Shown in pieces: positions 1 to 9,800 of a stretch of 32,000 bases of DNA; the stretch's first letter is position 1; every line of letters begins with the position of its first letter. The notes beneath the pieces were generated by a model, which searched no databases, had not been told where the DNA came from, and saw only the letters and a program-made list of their open reading frames with translations. The position numbers and the translations under genes were made by a program. The stretch is taken from assembly GCF_000172995.2 (NCBI RefSeq), contig NC_014731.1:307011-339010 (forward strand), given 5' to 3'. Source of the DNA: Halogeometricum borinquense DSM 11551 (lineage in GTDB: Archaea; Halobacteriota; Halobacteria; Halobacteriales; Haloferacaceae).

Positions 1-9
1 ACGGACAGC

Positions 10-114
10 GATGAGTGAGGTGGGCTGGACGTGGGAACTCACAGCAACAGCACAGGACGTCCTTTCGGTCCTTTCTCCAACTGAGCAAGAGCGGATACTG
101 AAAATCTCGACGTG
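10..114 (+). pseudogene. RelE/ParE-like toxin N-terminal remnant (34 codons, premature stop)
   Basis: The ATG at 10 overlaps the end of a frame entering the window (..TDSDE*, stop 16-18), a toxin-antitoxin-like overlap. The translation MSEVGWTWELTATAQDVLSVLSPTEQERILKIST* resembles the N-terminus of haloarchaeal RelE/ParE toxins but stops about 60 aa early. The -1 frame continues NLDVIIDR. Confidence 0.3.
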
Positions 115-264
115 ATTATTGACCGAACAACCCGTGTGTGGTGGTAACTCTGCCCAAACAGATAGCACGGGGGTTAAAGAAGATCAAACAAGCCTGGATC
201 AATGAGACAGAATCCTTGATTAAAAAGATCCCTTTAATGAAAGGAGACTGCCTGTGTACCACGC

Positions 265-3200
265 CTAATTCGACGTAAGGGAATCAACCGGCGTGACTGA
301 TGTATCAGCATCAATCTGGAACTGAGGATCACCTTCATACTCCCCTACAACAACGTCATCTATTCGATACTGGTGTTCCTCTTCAAGAAGTGGAATGTCC
401 GTTGCCTCATCCTCGATTACGAATTTCAATTTATAACCGTCCTTCGTAACGAGTGTCCCAAGCTGACGTGAATTCCAGAACGGCTTTGCCTCACGTGTAT
501 CTTCCGCAGTGACTGTGATTGTCGTCCGTTCTGCGTCGGGATCAATAACTGTTGAATCCGTAATAACGTGGTTCTGGATTTCATCTAAGAACGGTGATTG
601 CTGATCAACTCGACTTTGAATATCCAGCCGTTCTTCAGCGCGCGTGAGTGCTACATAAAACAGACGACGTTCTTCGTCCATATGGGACCCTGTATCTATT
701 TCCACGAGTTGGGTGAGGCTTCGGTCCCGTTCAGTTGGGGGAAATCCGTCACTCATACCTCCAGCTGCATTAGCGATGATTACGTGACCTGCTTCTTTCC
801 CTTTTGCTTGGTGTGCTTTCGTTACCTCGACGCCGTTTTCTCCTCCAACAGGAATGTCAGCATCACGCAGTCGCTTTGATATTTCCCGAATGAATGGAGA
901 TCCTGATTGATTCCGGGCCAGCACCATCACGTCATTTGGCTTTCGGTCAGACTCTCGTACAGATGACTTCACTAATTGAACGATCTTTTTAATCCCATTT
1001 CGACGATATTGGAAATCATCGCTTCCAGGAACCAAGTGTACCCTCGGAGTTGTTTCGAGCGATTTGTGGGCTGTGACCGTTTTGTCTGTTTTCGCCTCAT
1101 TATTCTTGATGAGGTCATTCCCAGCTTTGACGACACTTGGTGGACATCGATAGTTGGTTTCTAGCCTCGTCTCTACAGCGGGTGAGAAGTGATCTGCGAA
1201 GTCGATAAAGTAGTCTGGTCGAGCACCCTTGAAGCCATAGATACTCTGCCAATCGTCGCCGACCGCAAACAACCTGGCGTCGTCATGTCGAGATAATAGT
1301 GCTTGAACGAATTCAATCTGAACCAGATTGAGGTCCTGAAACTCATCAACCATTACGTGCCTAAACTGAGCAATATTGTCGATTTCTCCGCTCTTGATGG
1401 CATCGGTCGCCATCACGATCATATCTACAAAATCATATGCATTGTATCGATCGTATACCGACTGATATTCTTGGAGCAATCTTGTTGCAGCGTGACTGAA
1501 ATGGTAGAGCTCTTCGTCCTCCGATTCAGAAAGATTGTCCAGTTGATCTTCCGGATTGATCCGATTCGTTTTTGCCTTTTTGACGAACTCTGCGAAGGTG
1601 GACTCGACGTCACGCCAGCAAATATTGTGCTCGTAGGTTTCATCCCGAAGGGCTTTCCCCCGAAGAGGACTCTCAAATGTGACGCCCAGTTTTTCCAGCT
1701 GTGTCTTGACAACCGTCTCAACACGGCTAGGATCAGTTTGGTCACCGGAGACGATCAGCAGCGTTTGATCCGTCCCCTCGAAAATTTTCTCCACCTCGTC
1801 ACGAGACCGTTTTTGATTGTACCAGCGTTTACGTTGACGGGTAGGTTCAGATGGAAGATACTCGATAACAATATTGTGTTCCGGGAGGCTGAAATCGGGG
1901 ATATATGCCTGGTCTTTTGGATTTCCTGCCCAAGCCGCATATTTACGATAGTGATATGAGATATCGTGTTTGAAGAGTAGATCCGCAACTGATGTGTGGG
2001 CGTCTTTTTCTTCATTGAACCGGGATTGTACTTCTTCCCCTCTAAGCGTTGTATCAGATTTGTACCTAAGAGAGTTCAGGAAATCACGTCGTTCTTTGTC
2101 ATCATCTTTGAGGTTTGCTTCCTTGTACAACTCGAGAAACTCATCGTAGTGTTTTCTAAACTCTTGATCTGCTTGGTAGAGTGATCGAATCAGACGCCCT
2201 ACCTCTCGTAACCGACTCTGATCTTCGATCTGAACCAGAGTTGGATCGATTTCATTCAGTGCTCTATTACCAAACGAATGCAGTGTCGACGTTTCCACGC
2301 CCGAAATATCGAACATCTCATCGAGTCGGTCTGACATCTCTGTCGCCGCTTTCCGTGTGAATGTCATGGCAAGAATATCGTCTTCAGAGACACCCTCTTC
2401 GACGAGATATTTGACCCGACACGACAGAGAAAAAGTCTTTCCTGTTCCTGCGCCCGCAATCACTTGGTTGTGGATATCGTTTCGATAGACGGCAAGTTCT
2501 TGTTCTGCATTGAGAGAGAGATCATCATCACCGAACCCACTGAACGTCTCTTCGTACTTGTCTCTCTGTTGCTCAATGAGTTTCTGGTTGTACCCTTCCA
2601 ACTGCCCTCGTATGTTAGCAATCTCACTAGCAATCGATTCAAACCGACTCCGATCCGAGTTCGCTAAGAGATTAAGATCGATATTTTCCTCGGTCTTCAC
2701 CACCCGAGATTGTGCCTCATCGAACCTTTTCTCGTAACACCTCTGCTCAGGAGTTGCCAGATACGACCTTTCGTTGAAAATATCTTCGACAGTCGATTTA
2801 AGCTCATCCGCCCATTCCTCTAACACTTCAATCTGATTGTCGAATGCTGATTTTGCGTTTACAAATTTACGAGTTCTCTGCAAGATCGAGCCGTACTGTC
2901 GAAGTTCGTCTTCCTGCTTGGCTGAGATATACTCGGTACTTCGCGAAGAGAGGAAGTCAGCTATTGATTCGAGGAGAGGATCGAGTTCGCAAACGATTTC
3001 ATCATGCTCTCGGGGAAGCGGAACCCCTTCTTCACGGGATTGTTCAACCTCGTGTTTGAGTTCGGGGACCTCAGATTCTAACCTACCAATCAACGATTTA
3101 TATGTGTCTTCTGTTTGCGATTCGTTATAGATGGTAACACGCTGACGTAGACCACTAGTTCTTTCAAAAAGCTCATCGAACCTTTCTAAATCTGTCTCTG

Positions 3201-3843
3201 ACAGTTGTCGGGTTTCTATATCTTCCTTTGCAGAAGTGATCCAACCTTCTGCTTTACTGACCCGTTCTCGGAGTTCTGACTCAGTTTCCTCACTGAGCAA
3301 TCCTTCAGCGCTACACTCCGCTTGAATTTCTGACTCTAATGCTTCGATAGCACCCTGTATTTCGGATATCTCAGCGTCCTGCTCTCGCTTCGCTTTGAGA
3401 TAGGACTCAAGTTCTTTTACATCTGAGCGGAGTGATTCTGCTGTCGTCTGTTCACTGGTGCGTAAGAACTGTTTATTGTCCTGGAGTAGTCCAGATAAAT
3501 CAGCACGGATTTCCTCAAGGGTTCTGAGGGATTCTTGGGCTTCAGATGGTAACGGCTCGCCTCGCCGGCGTGGCCCTCGTATCATCTCTTCCACTGTGGA
3601 GGTTATCTCACGCGCAGATTTGTTGAGAGAGTGGTATTCCTTCTCTATTTCTTGACGGCGTTGATCGGCAGATTCAATCTCAGCTACAAGACTCCCATAT
3701 AAAAGACGTTGCAGGCCTCCTGGAAGGATGTTAAATAGCGTTTTATTCTGCTTCTGCTCTAATTCTCGTTGATATTCGTCCCAGGAAGGTGGCGTTTTGG
3801 AATCCATAGATATGATCTGTGTGAGTGTTGTTACAGCTGACAA
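265..3843 (-). CDS. SF1 UvrD/REP (helicase IV-like) DNA helicase with long N-terminal coiled coil and embedded PD-(D/E)XK-like module
   Basis: 1192-aa ORF. Helicase motifs are present in order: LNAEQELAV, AGAGTGKTF (Walker A), MTFTRKAATEM, TLHSFG, VDEFQDLN (motif II), GDDWQSIYGFKGA, TNYRC, VTKAHQAKGKEAGHVII, RRLFYVALTRAEERL. The first ~440 aa are E/K/R/Q/L-rich and heptad-like. An insert carries DISYHYRKY...YIPDFSLPEHNIVIEY. Confidence 0.9.
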   Translation of the reverse strand: MSAVTTLTQIISMDSKTPPSWDEYQRELEQKQNKTLFNILPGGLQRLLYGSLVAEIESADQRRQEIEKEYHSLNKSAREITSTVEEMIRGPRRRGEPLPSEAQESLRTLEEIRADLSGLLQDNKQFLRTSEQTTAESLRSDVKELESYLKAKREQDAEISEIQGAIEALESEIQAECSAEGLLSEETESELRERVSKAEGWITSAKEDIETRQLSETDLERFDELFERTSGLRQRVTIYNESQTEDTYKSLIGRLESEVPELKHEVEQSREEGVPLPREHDEIVCELDPLLESIADFLSSRSTEYISAKQEDELRQYGSILQRTRKFVNAKSAFDNQIEVLEEWADELKSTVEDIFNERSYLATPEQRCYEKRFDEAQSRVVKTEENIDLNLLANSDRSRFESIASEIANIRGQLEGYNQKLIEQQRDKYEETFSGFGDDDLSLNAEQELAVYRNDIHNQVIAGAGTGKTFSLSCRVKYLVEEGVSEDDILAMTFTRKAATEMSDRLDEMFDISGVETSTLHSFGNRALNEIDPTLVQIEDQSRLREVGRLIRSLYQADQEFRKHYDEFLELYKEANLKDDDKERRDFLNSLRYKSDTTLRGEEVQSRFNEEKDAHTSVADLLFKHDISYHYRKYAAWAGNPKDQAYIPDFSLPEHNIVIEYLPSEPTRQRKRWYNQKRSRDEVEKIFEGTDQTLLIVSGDQTDPSRVETVVKTQLEKLGVTFESPLRGKALRDETYEHNICWRDVESTFAEFVKKAKTNRINPEDQLDNLSESEDEELYHFSHAATRLLQEYQSVYDRYNAYDFVDMIVMATDAIKSGEIDNIAQFRHVMVDEFQDLNLVQIEFVQALLSRHDDARLFAVGDDWQSIYGFKGARPDYFIDFADHFSPAVETRLETNYRCPPSVVKAGNDLIKNNEAKTDKTVTAHKSLETTPRVHLVPGSDDFQYRRNGIKKIVQLVKSSVRESDRKPNDVMVLARNQSGSPFIREISKRLRDADIPVGGENGVEVTKAHQAKGKEAGHVIIANAAGGMSDGFPPTERDRSLTQLVEIDTGSHMDEERRLFYVALTRAEERLDIQSRVDQQSPFLDEIQNHVITDSTVIDPDAERTTITVTAEDTREAKPFWNSRQLGTLVTKDGYKLKFVIEDEATDIPLLEEEHQYRIDDVVVGEYEGDPQFQIDADTSVTPVDSLTSN

Positions 3844-4114
3844 TAATTGGGAGACACGAACTTCTTTCGGTGTTTGTCTGCAGTTTGAACAGCTATCGAA
3901 GAATGTCGACGACCCCCTTCGACATAGCTGGTTGAGTAATCATTCTGTGGAAAATAGGGCTGACAGAACTGGTTAGAGAACATTGCTGTACGGATACTCC
4001 TAAGCGTCGTGATGCGTGACTAACAACAAGTATGACTTACCCTCAGACGGATTCACTATCACATATGATACTCTGACGAAGTGTTAAATACAACCGTCAT
4101 TTTATTTCGTTTGG

Positions 4115-5035
4115 GTGTACACAGTGAGAAAAGTCCGATCTTATGGGGTGTTGCTTGTCTTGTGCATACTGATGGTCTCTAGTGTGTTTGTAGCCACACC
4201 AGTTGCGTCTGCTGAGGATGATGATCATGGGGTCAATGAATCGAAATTACAAGAACAAGCAATTAATCCTGAGCTCCGACCGTTTTTGTGGAAAGACGGT
4301 GCGGGGCAGTACCCCTCGTACAAACGGCAGGAAGTCGCGGGGTTCAGCGGCTATCTAGAACGAAAAAGTGCAGATCGACTCACTACACTGCGGTATAATT
4401 TCAATGAATCTGTATTCAGCGACGAGTATGATACATATCTGGTCATTGCTCGCGTGGCGTGGCATGCAAATGGGAATGGAGACCAAGAACGCGCTGTGAC
4501 CAACCAAGGTCAACAGGATATCCCCGGCAGTAGTGCGAATGAGGACTGGGGAACCGTCCGGTTGCCGCTGGCTCCAGATGACGATCCGTTCGTCAAGCTT
4601 TCTGCAGAGTATGAAACTGGCTACTTGTCGTCTGGAACTGCCGTTGTGCGTGTACAACGTATTACTGTTATTCCTGCTCGCCTCGTTGGGAGACTCTCTA
4701 ATGAGGAGGTGCTGGAAATTACTTCACAGTCTGGTGATGCCGACACTACTCGGACCGTCACGAATACGGAGCCGGCTACAACACCATCTCCCAGTGTGCA
4801 ATCTACTTCTATCCCCTCTCCCACACCGACGGCTGTTCCTCCGACGGCCCAACCCATTGTCAGCCCTACGCCGATTACGCCTGATGTGACCACTGATTCG
4901 AAACTCTACGATGACCGCGGTCTATTCTTGCCGAACGACGAACTATTGCAGGCAGGGTTGAATGCGTGGGTGTTGTCTGTGCTTGGGTTTGTAGTTTCAA
5001 TCATAGGTGTTGGGTACTCAATGTGGAGGGACTAA
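4115..5035 (+). CDS. secreted surface protein with Sec-type signal peptide, Thr/Pro-rich linker and C-terminal TM anchor
   Basis: GTG start. The N-terminus VRKVRSYGVLLVLCILMVSSVFVATPVASA|EDDD looks like a signal peptide. A T/P/S-rich stretch (TEPATTPSPSVQSTSIPSPTPTAVPPTAQPIVSPTPITP) is followed by the terminal hydrophobic helix WVLSVLGFVVSIIGVGY. Confidence 0.7.
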   Translation: MYTVRKVRSYGVLLVLCILMVSSVFVATPVASAEDDDHGVNESKLQEQAINPELRPFLWKDGAGQYPSYKRQEVAGFSGYLERKSADRLTTLRYNFNESVFSDEYDTYLVIARVAWHANGNGDQERAVTNQGQQDIPGSSANEDWGTVRLPLAPDDDPFVKLSAEYETGYLSSGTAVVRVQRITVIPARLVGRLSNEEVLEITSQSGDADTTRTVTNTEPATTPSPSVQSTSIPSPTPTAVPPTAQPIVSPTPITPDVTTDSKLYDDRGLFLPNDELLQAGLNAWVLSVLGFVVSIIGVGYSMWRD

Positions 5036-5036
5036 C

Positions 5037-5666
5037 ATGTCTGGCTCAATTTCGCTCCTCTGGAGTCTCGTGTCTGGTGGGCTGTTGGCAATTGTTGGTG
5101 GTGTAATTGGATTAAACAGCAATCCGCCATTGATGTATGCCGGGTATCCCCCGGCGTTTTTCGGACTCTTTGCGATCCTCGGTGGGACGTATTCATACCT
5201 CCTATCCCCGCAGACGATGACTCCGCGCGGTGGGGAGGCAATTGTCTTTCAGACAGAGCCAACACAGTGGGTCGCTGGCAGTAAATCAGTCGGCGGTCTC
5301 GCTCTCGCATCAATCGGTGTGTGGGGCATTGCAGAAACGTCACTGCCGCTTGCGTATCCGGTTTGTGTCAGCGTCGTTGGCGTTTGGTTTTACACCCTCG
5401 GGCTGACTCGGCTCTGGCGCAACTCGCTAACGAAGTACTACGTCACCACCGACCGAGTCGTCGAAACGTACCAACTACTCAGCGTCACTCAGAAGACAAT
5501 GCCGCAACGACAGGTCCAGGGCATCGAAAAGCGGAAAACGCTCATCGAGAGGTTGTTGTCTGTCGGCCATGTCCGCATTGAGTCTGCGGGAGACACTGGG
5601 ACATCGAGAATCATCGCTCGGAATATCCGGGACCCAACACAGCTTGTCAACGCGATTCGAGAGTGA
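5037..5666 (+). CDS. membrane protein with bacterial PH (bPH_2/DUF304, YdbS/YdbT-like) domain
   Basis: The ATG at 5037 lies 1 nt after the stop of the upstream gene. Four hydrophobic segments are followed by YYVTTDRVVETYQLLSVTQKTMPQRQVQGIEKRKTLIERLLSVGHVRIESAG, typical of bPH_2 domains. The ORF-track start at 5007 overlaps the upstream gene and was not used. Confidence 0.7.
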   Translation: MSGSISLLWSLVSGGLLAIVGGVIGLNSNPPLMYAGYPPAFFGLFAILGGTYSYLLSPQTMTPRGGEAIVFQTEPTQWVAGSKSVGGLALASIGVWGIAETSLPLAYPVCVSVVGVWFYTLGLTRLWRNSLTKYYVTTDRVVETYQLLSVTQKTMPQRQVQGIEKRKTLIERLLSVGHVRIESAGDTGTSRIIARNIRDPTQLVNAIRE

Positions 5667-5781
5667 GTTCTCCCACTATGGAGGCAGAAAAGCCCGGTCT
5701 AAGATAGTTGGAATGGTTAACCCAGTGAGTCACCCAACAAGCAAACAAAGTGAGTTCCCTAGGACCTAGCCCCGAGGCGAT

Positions 5782-6753
5782 TCACTCAAGGTTGCCTTCA
5801 TTTTCGAGTCGCCGCATCACTTCTTTGTGTTGCTGTTCAGCGGCATCTTCAGGTGTATAGCGGTCACCACCCGTGTAATCGTCGTCTTCCCACGGTTTGT
5901 CAGGACCAACACCGACCGGCGGCGTATCACCGTGAGTCGTATCACACGTGAGGCAGGTCCAGAGTGCGACACCATCAACGTGGACCGAGGGGTGGCCCCC
6001 GTCATACCCGTCGAAAATATGCTGTGTCGCCTCGCCACAGTTCGGACAGCTCCGATTTCGAACTGTTTTGTCGGTGGTGTTGCGCTTGCGGTCGTAAAGG
6101 ACTGCAGGAACCACCCAGTAGTCGTGGCTCTCACAGTGTGGTTTCTCGTCGAAGTCTGCCAGTCGGTCCTTGTCAACGAGCCCGTCACCGTTCTCGGTGA
6201 AGATGTACGGGTCGCTGTCCGAAAGGGGTGAATTGGTCACATCGGGTGATTCTTCGACGGATAGTGTCGTCTCCCAGTCGGTCTTATCAACCGCGGTCTC
6301 GAAGAGTCGCTGCCCGTCGTTGGAGTCCAGCGGGACTGCGTCGGGGAGGCTTCCCCACCCAGCGGTCAGTATTTGGGCGGGGTCGTCGATATCGTAGAAC
6401 AGTTCATAGCTGCTACGCGACTTGTGGCCTCCGTCTCGAAGGCGGAACGATGAACTTCCGATGGCGAGCGCATGGTAGCGATTTGATGCTGGGATGATGG
6501 CGATCGCAGTCTTCGAAATCGACCACTCGTAGTCGGTAGCGTCGGCCGCTCGCGGCGATGACTCGCGGTGGTCGACACAGCGAGCGCGCGTCGGTGGAAT
6601 CGACCCGCCACAGACTTCACAGTGTGCTGGGCTGGCTTCGACATCGTGGTTTGCAAATTGCCACTCATGCTGATGAGACTGTCTTCCGGTGTGATTTGGT
6701 CCGCCTGCTGTGCCAGGGAGTTCCTCTCGTGGAATCCGACCTTCGTCGTCCAT
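5782..6753 (-). CDS. acidic zinc-ribbon protein, function unknown
   Basis: Start placed at MDDEGRIPREEL (ATG 6753-6751), because the 46 upstream codons are Y/I/V-rich and read through the AT-rich promoter region. Motifs are CEVCGG-x9-C-x2-H and CPNCGEATQH-x27-CLTCDTTH. Confidence 0.7.
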   Translation of the reverse strand: MDDEGRIPREELPGTAGGPNHTGRQSHQHEWQFANHDVEASPAHCEVCGGSIPPTRARCVDHRESSPRAADATDYEWSISKTAIAIIPASNRYHALAIGSSSFRLRDGGHKSRSSYELFYDIDDPAQILTAGWGSLPDAVPLDSNDGQRLFETAVDKTDWETTLSVEESPDVTNSPLSDSDPYIFTENGDGLVDKDRLADFDEKPHCESHDYWVVPAVLYDRKRNTTDKTVRNRSCPNCGEATQHIFDGYDGGHPSVHVDGVALWTCLTCDTTHGDTPPVGVGPDKPWEDDDYTGGDRYTPEDAAEQQHKEVMRRLENEGNLE

Positions 6754-6833
6754 CAGGCACCCATAGAGGCGGCTTGTATTTATGTTGTAAACATAATATG
6801 TCCGAATAGAATATACGTATTGATATTGAATAA
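6754..6833. promoter_or_regulatory. AT-rich divergent promoter region between the zinc-ribbon gene and the Rad3-like helicase gene
   Basis: An 80-bp spacer very rich in A/T (ttgtatttatgttgtaaacataatatgtccgaatagaatatacgtattgatattgaataaatg) offers several TATA-like elements on both strands. Confidence 0.4.
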
Positions 6834-9800
6834 ATGCCAATGCCACCGAGCGATGACCAGAATACTGGTGACTCACCCCATGTTCCCCCATGGATATCTG
6901 ACGGAGAGACGGCTGATCCAGACATTATCAACGTTGATTCGAAGCATGATTCGACAGAATCTCCTGACTCACTGACTAGAGGTGTGGGTCCGGTCACTGT
7001 TTCTGACCTCGACAGAACATGGGCACCCTACTTTCGGTACGACTCTGTCTACCAAGACCAGATTGATGCAGTTGATACGTTCCTTGAACTCCTCTCGGAG
7101 AACGGCTATTACGTTTTTGAGGGAGCATGTGGGACTGGCAAGACGTTGGCGGCCGTCACTGGCGGGATTCACGCGATTCGCGACCAGTCGACACTGACGA
7201 AGACCCTTGACAACGTTTCTGGAGACTTTCCTGACTACTCGCGGCTGTTCGTGGTTACGCCACTCAAACAGCAACTCCACCAGTTCGTCCGGGAAATGAA
7301 GGGTATCAATGCGTCCCTTCCTGAAGCTAAAGCTCCCGTCTCAACGGTCGTGATCAGGGGTCGAACTGATATGATGCCGTATGCGTACGTCGACTTCCCA
7401 CCGTTCGATAGACACGGTGTCGGTGAGAAGATGGATGATCTTAGGGAGATGACGCGAAAGCTCATCAAGTTCGATAGCGACATTCCACTGGACTGGCCGG
7501 GGGACATGTCACCACCAGATTTCTCAAAGGTTGACTACAACTGGGAAGAAGCTAGCTTGACAGCGGAAGACCACCGTGAACGGTTTCGATACGATCCCGT
7601 TCGAGCAGAGGCAGTCACCCGAATCGTCAAGGATATGGATCCAAGAGGCGACGAGAGTTTCGATCGCCTGACAGTCAATGGTGTTGAGACACCATATCCG
7701 GACCTCGTTCCTCATACGAACGACGTCGTCGATACAGACGTACTCCAGCGACGAGGGACAGGCCAACTTTCCGTTGGGCTTCAGGGCAAGTTCGATCCGT
7801 TCTATGCCGGGGCGTTCATGGAGGACGGTTTGCCGTTCGACTTCCATCACGCGGACCATCACGTATTCGACCAAGAGACGCTTTTCCAGACAGCGGCCTC
7901 TCGAGGTATCTGTCCACACGAGGCGATGGCGATGCTGGCAGGTCGGGCGGAGGTCGTTCTCGGGAACTACTACCACCTCTTCGACCCCCAGACCCGGCTA
8001 CTGACCGACGATAAAATTGGTCTACTGGACTCGGAAACCATCGTTGCCGTCGACGAGGGGCACCAGATTGAGGAGCGGGTCCGCGATATGCTCTCGATGT
8101 CGCTGGATATCTATACACTTGACCGGGCAATTAACGACATCGAGATCACACGAAATTACGCGGTGGGTGACCTCGCCAAGACGCCTACGCCGAACCTCAA
8201 TACCAGCGACGCAAGATTGGCCGAATCGCTGGCTGACAGCGCACTCGATACGGTCGGAAACTACTCTGTGACTCCTGAAGATCTCGCTGAGGTCGAACAG
8301 CTACTTCGATTCGCCAAGCAAAAGCTGACTGTCTACGGTTCGGACGCCGTGAGCGAGCGCTACCAGGACATCTCGTGGCAGGATGCCGTCGAACGCTGGG
8401 GTGCAGACCCTATCGAGAACGCGCTTTCTGACCCAGAGTGTCCCGACGAGTCCGACGAGTTCCTTACGGACGCGATTGCTGAGGACGACTTTGACACTCG
8501 CTCGTTCTTCAAGGTCTATCCGGCGATGTTAGGGACGAAGTTCGTGTTCGAGGCACTCGAAGAGGCGGGGATCCACGACCGAACCCCACAGGGCGTAGAG
8601 GTTGGGAAGTTCTTCAAACGCTGGGCAGCCGAGGGTACCGTTGAGTACCACCGTGAGGTCGTCCTCGACGACCGGCGAAAGGAGACCATACCGACGGAGT
8701 TCCCCGACTGGGTGAAGGCGTGGACACCGAAATTCCAGCTATTCAACTGCATCCCTCGGGACGAACTCCAAGCGGTGTTCGGAGAACTGGGCGGGGGCGT
8801 CCTCATGAGTGCGACCCTCCAGCCTGAGGAGGTTTATACTGAGGCGGTCGGCATCAACGATATCCCGTTCCCCACGGAAGACGAAGAGGACGACGATGCC
8901 GAGGAGACGGACGTGGTGACGAAGCCCTCTGCGGGAACGAGCCACGATAACTCCGACATCCGTCCAACCGCGTTTGAGCAGTACCCATTGCGATTCCCTC
9001 AGGAGAACCGGGTGTCGCTTATCGCCGACCTCCCGAAGTTCACGAACCGGAATCGAGGGAAACGAACGACTGACCCGCGCCAGATGAAGCCGGTCCGTAA
9101 GCAGTATGCAGATCTTATTGAACAAGCGATTGCCGGCCGTGGGAATATCCTCGTGGCGATGCCGAACTACCGGGAAGCGGAGTGGGCATATAACTATCTC
9201 AAGAAGCAAGGGTCGTCCAAACGGTTTCACCTCGACCAGTCGAGTTCGGCGCTCGAAACCGACGAGACGCTGGAGTCGTTCTTTGCCGACGGTGACGCGG
9301 TCATCTTCACCAGTTCGCGCGGCACGATCACTGAAGGCGTTGACTATGACGGCGAGAAGTTGCACGGATGCGTGGCCGTGGGGATTCCGCTTCTTCCAAC
9401 AAACTCGAAGCGTATTGATGCTGTGATAGAGGCCTATGACGAGCGTATTGGTGTCAAATCGGGATTCGAGACGGCGCTTATGATCCCAGCTGTTCGGAAA
9501 GTTCGCCAGGCGTTCGGCCGGGTGATTCGTGGGTCGGACGAAGCTGGCTTCCGTCTCCTCGTCGATGAGCGCTACGGATCGACAGGTTGGGACGGTGTGA
9601 ACGAGTACCTCTCCGAACAAGAAAGAGAAGAGTTCCAGACTGCAGACCCAGAATTCATCAGCCAGATGATCTCGACGTTTTGGGACGACGTGGACGAACG
9701 GGAACGGGAGCGAGAGGCGGAGGACGACCCGAAGAAGAGTGATATAGAAACGACGAGAACCACGGCGCCGACCGACGATATAGTCCAGAAGTCGGCTGTC

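Noticed and set aside
1303-1959. 218-aa plus-strand ORF, and other 60-100-aa ORFs, within 265-3843
   Set aside because: They are antisense to the UvrD-like helicase, whose motifs are unambiguous. Their composition is not halophile-like.
3890-3930. Imperfect palindrome (cagctatcgaag...cttcgacatagctg) upstream of the UvrD-like helicase, considered as an operator
   Set aside because: It needs a 2-nt bulge, there is a single occurrence, and no adjacent regulator gene is present. It is noted only.
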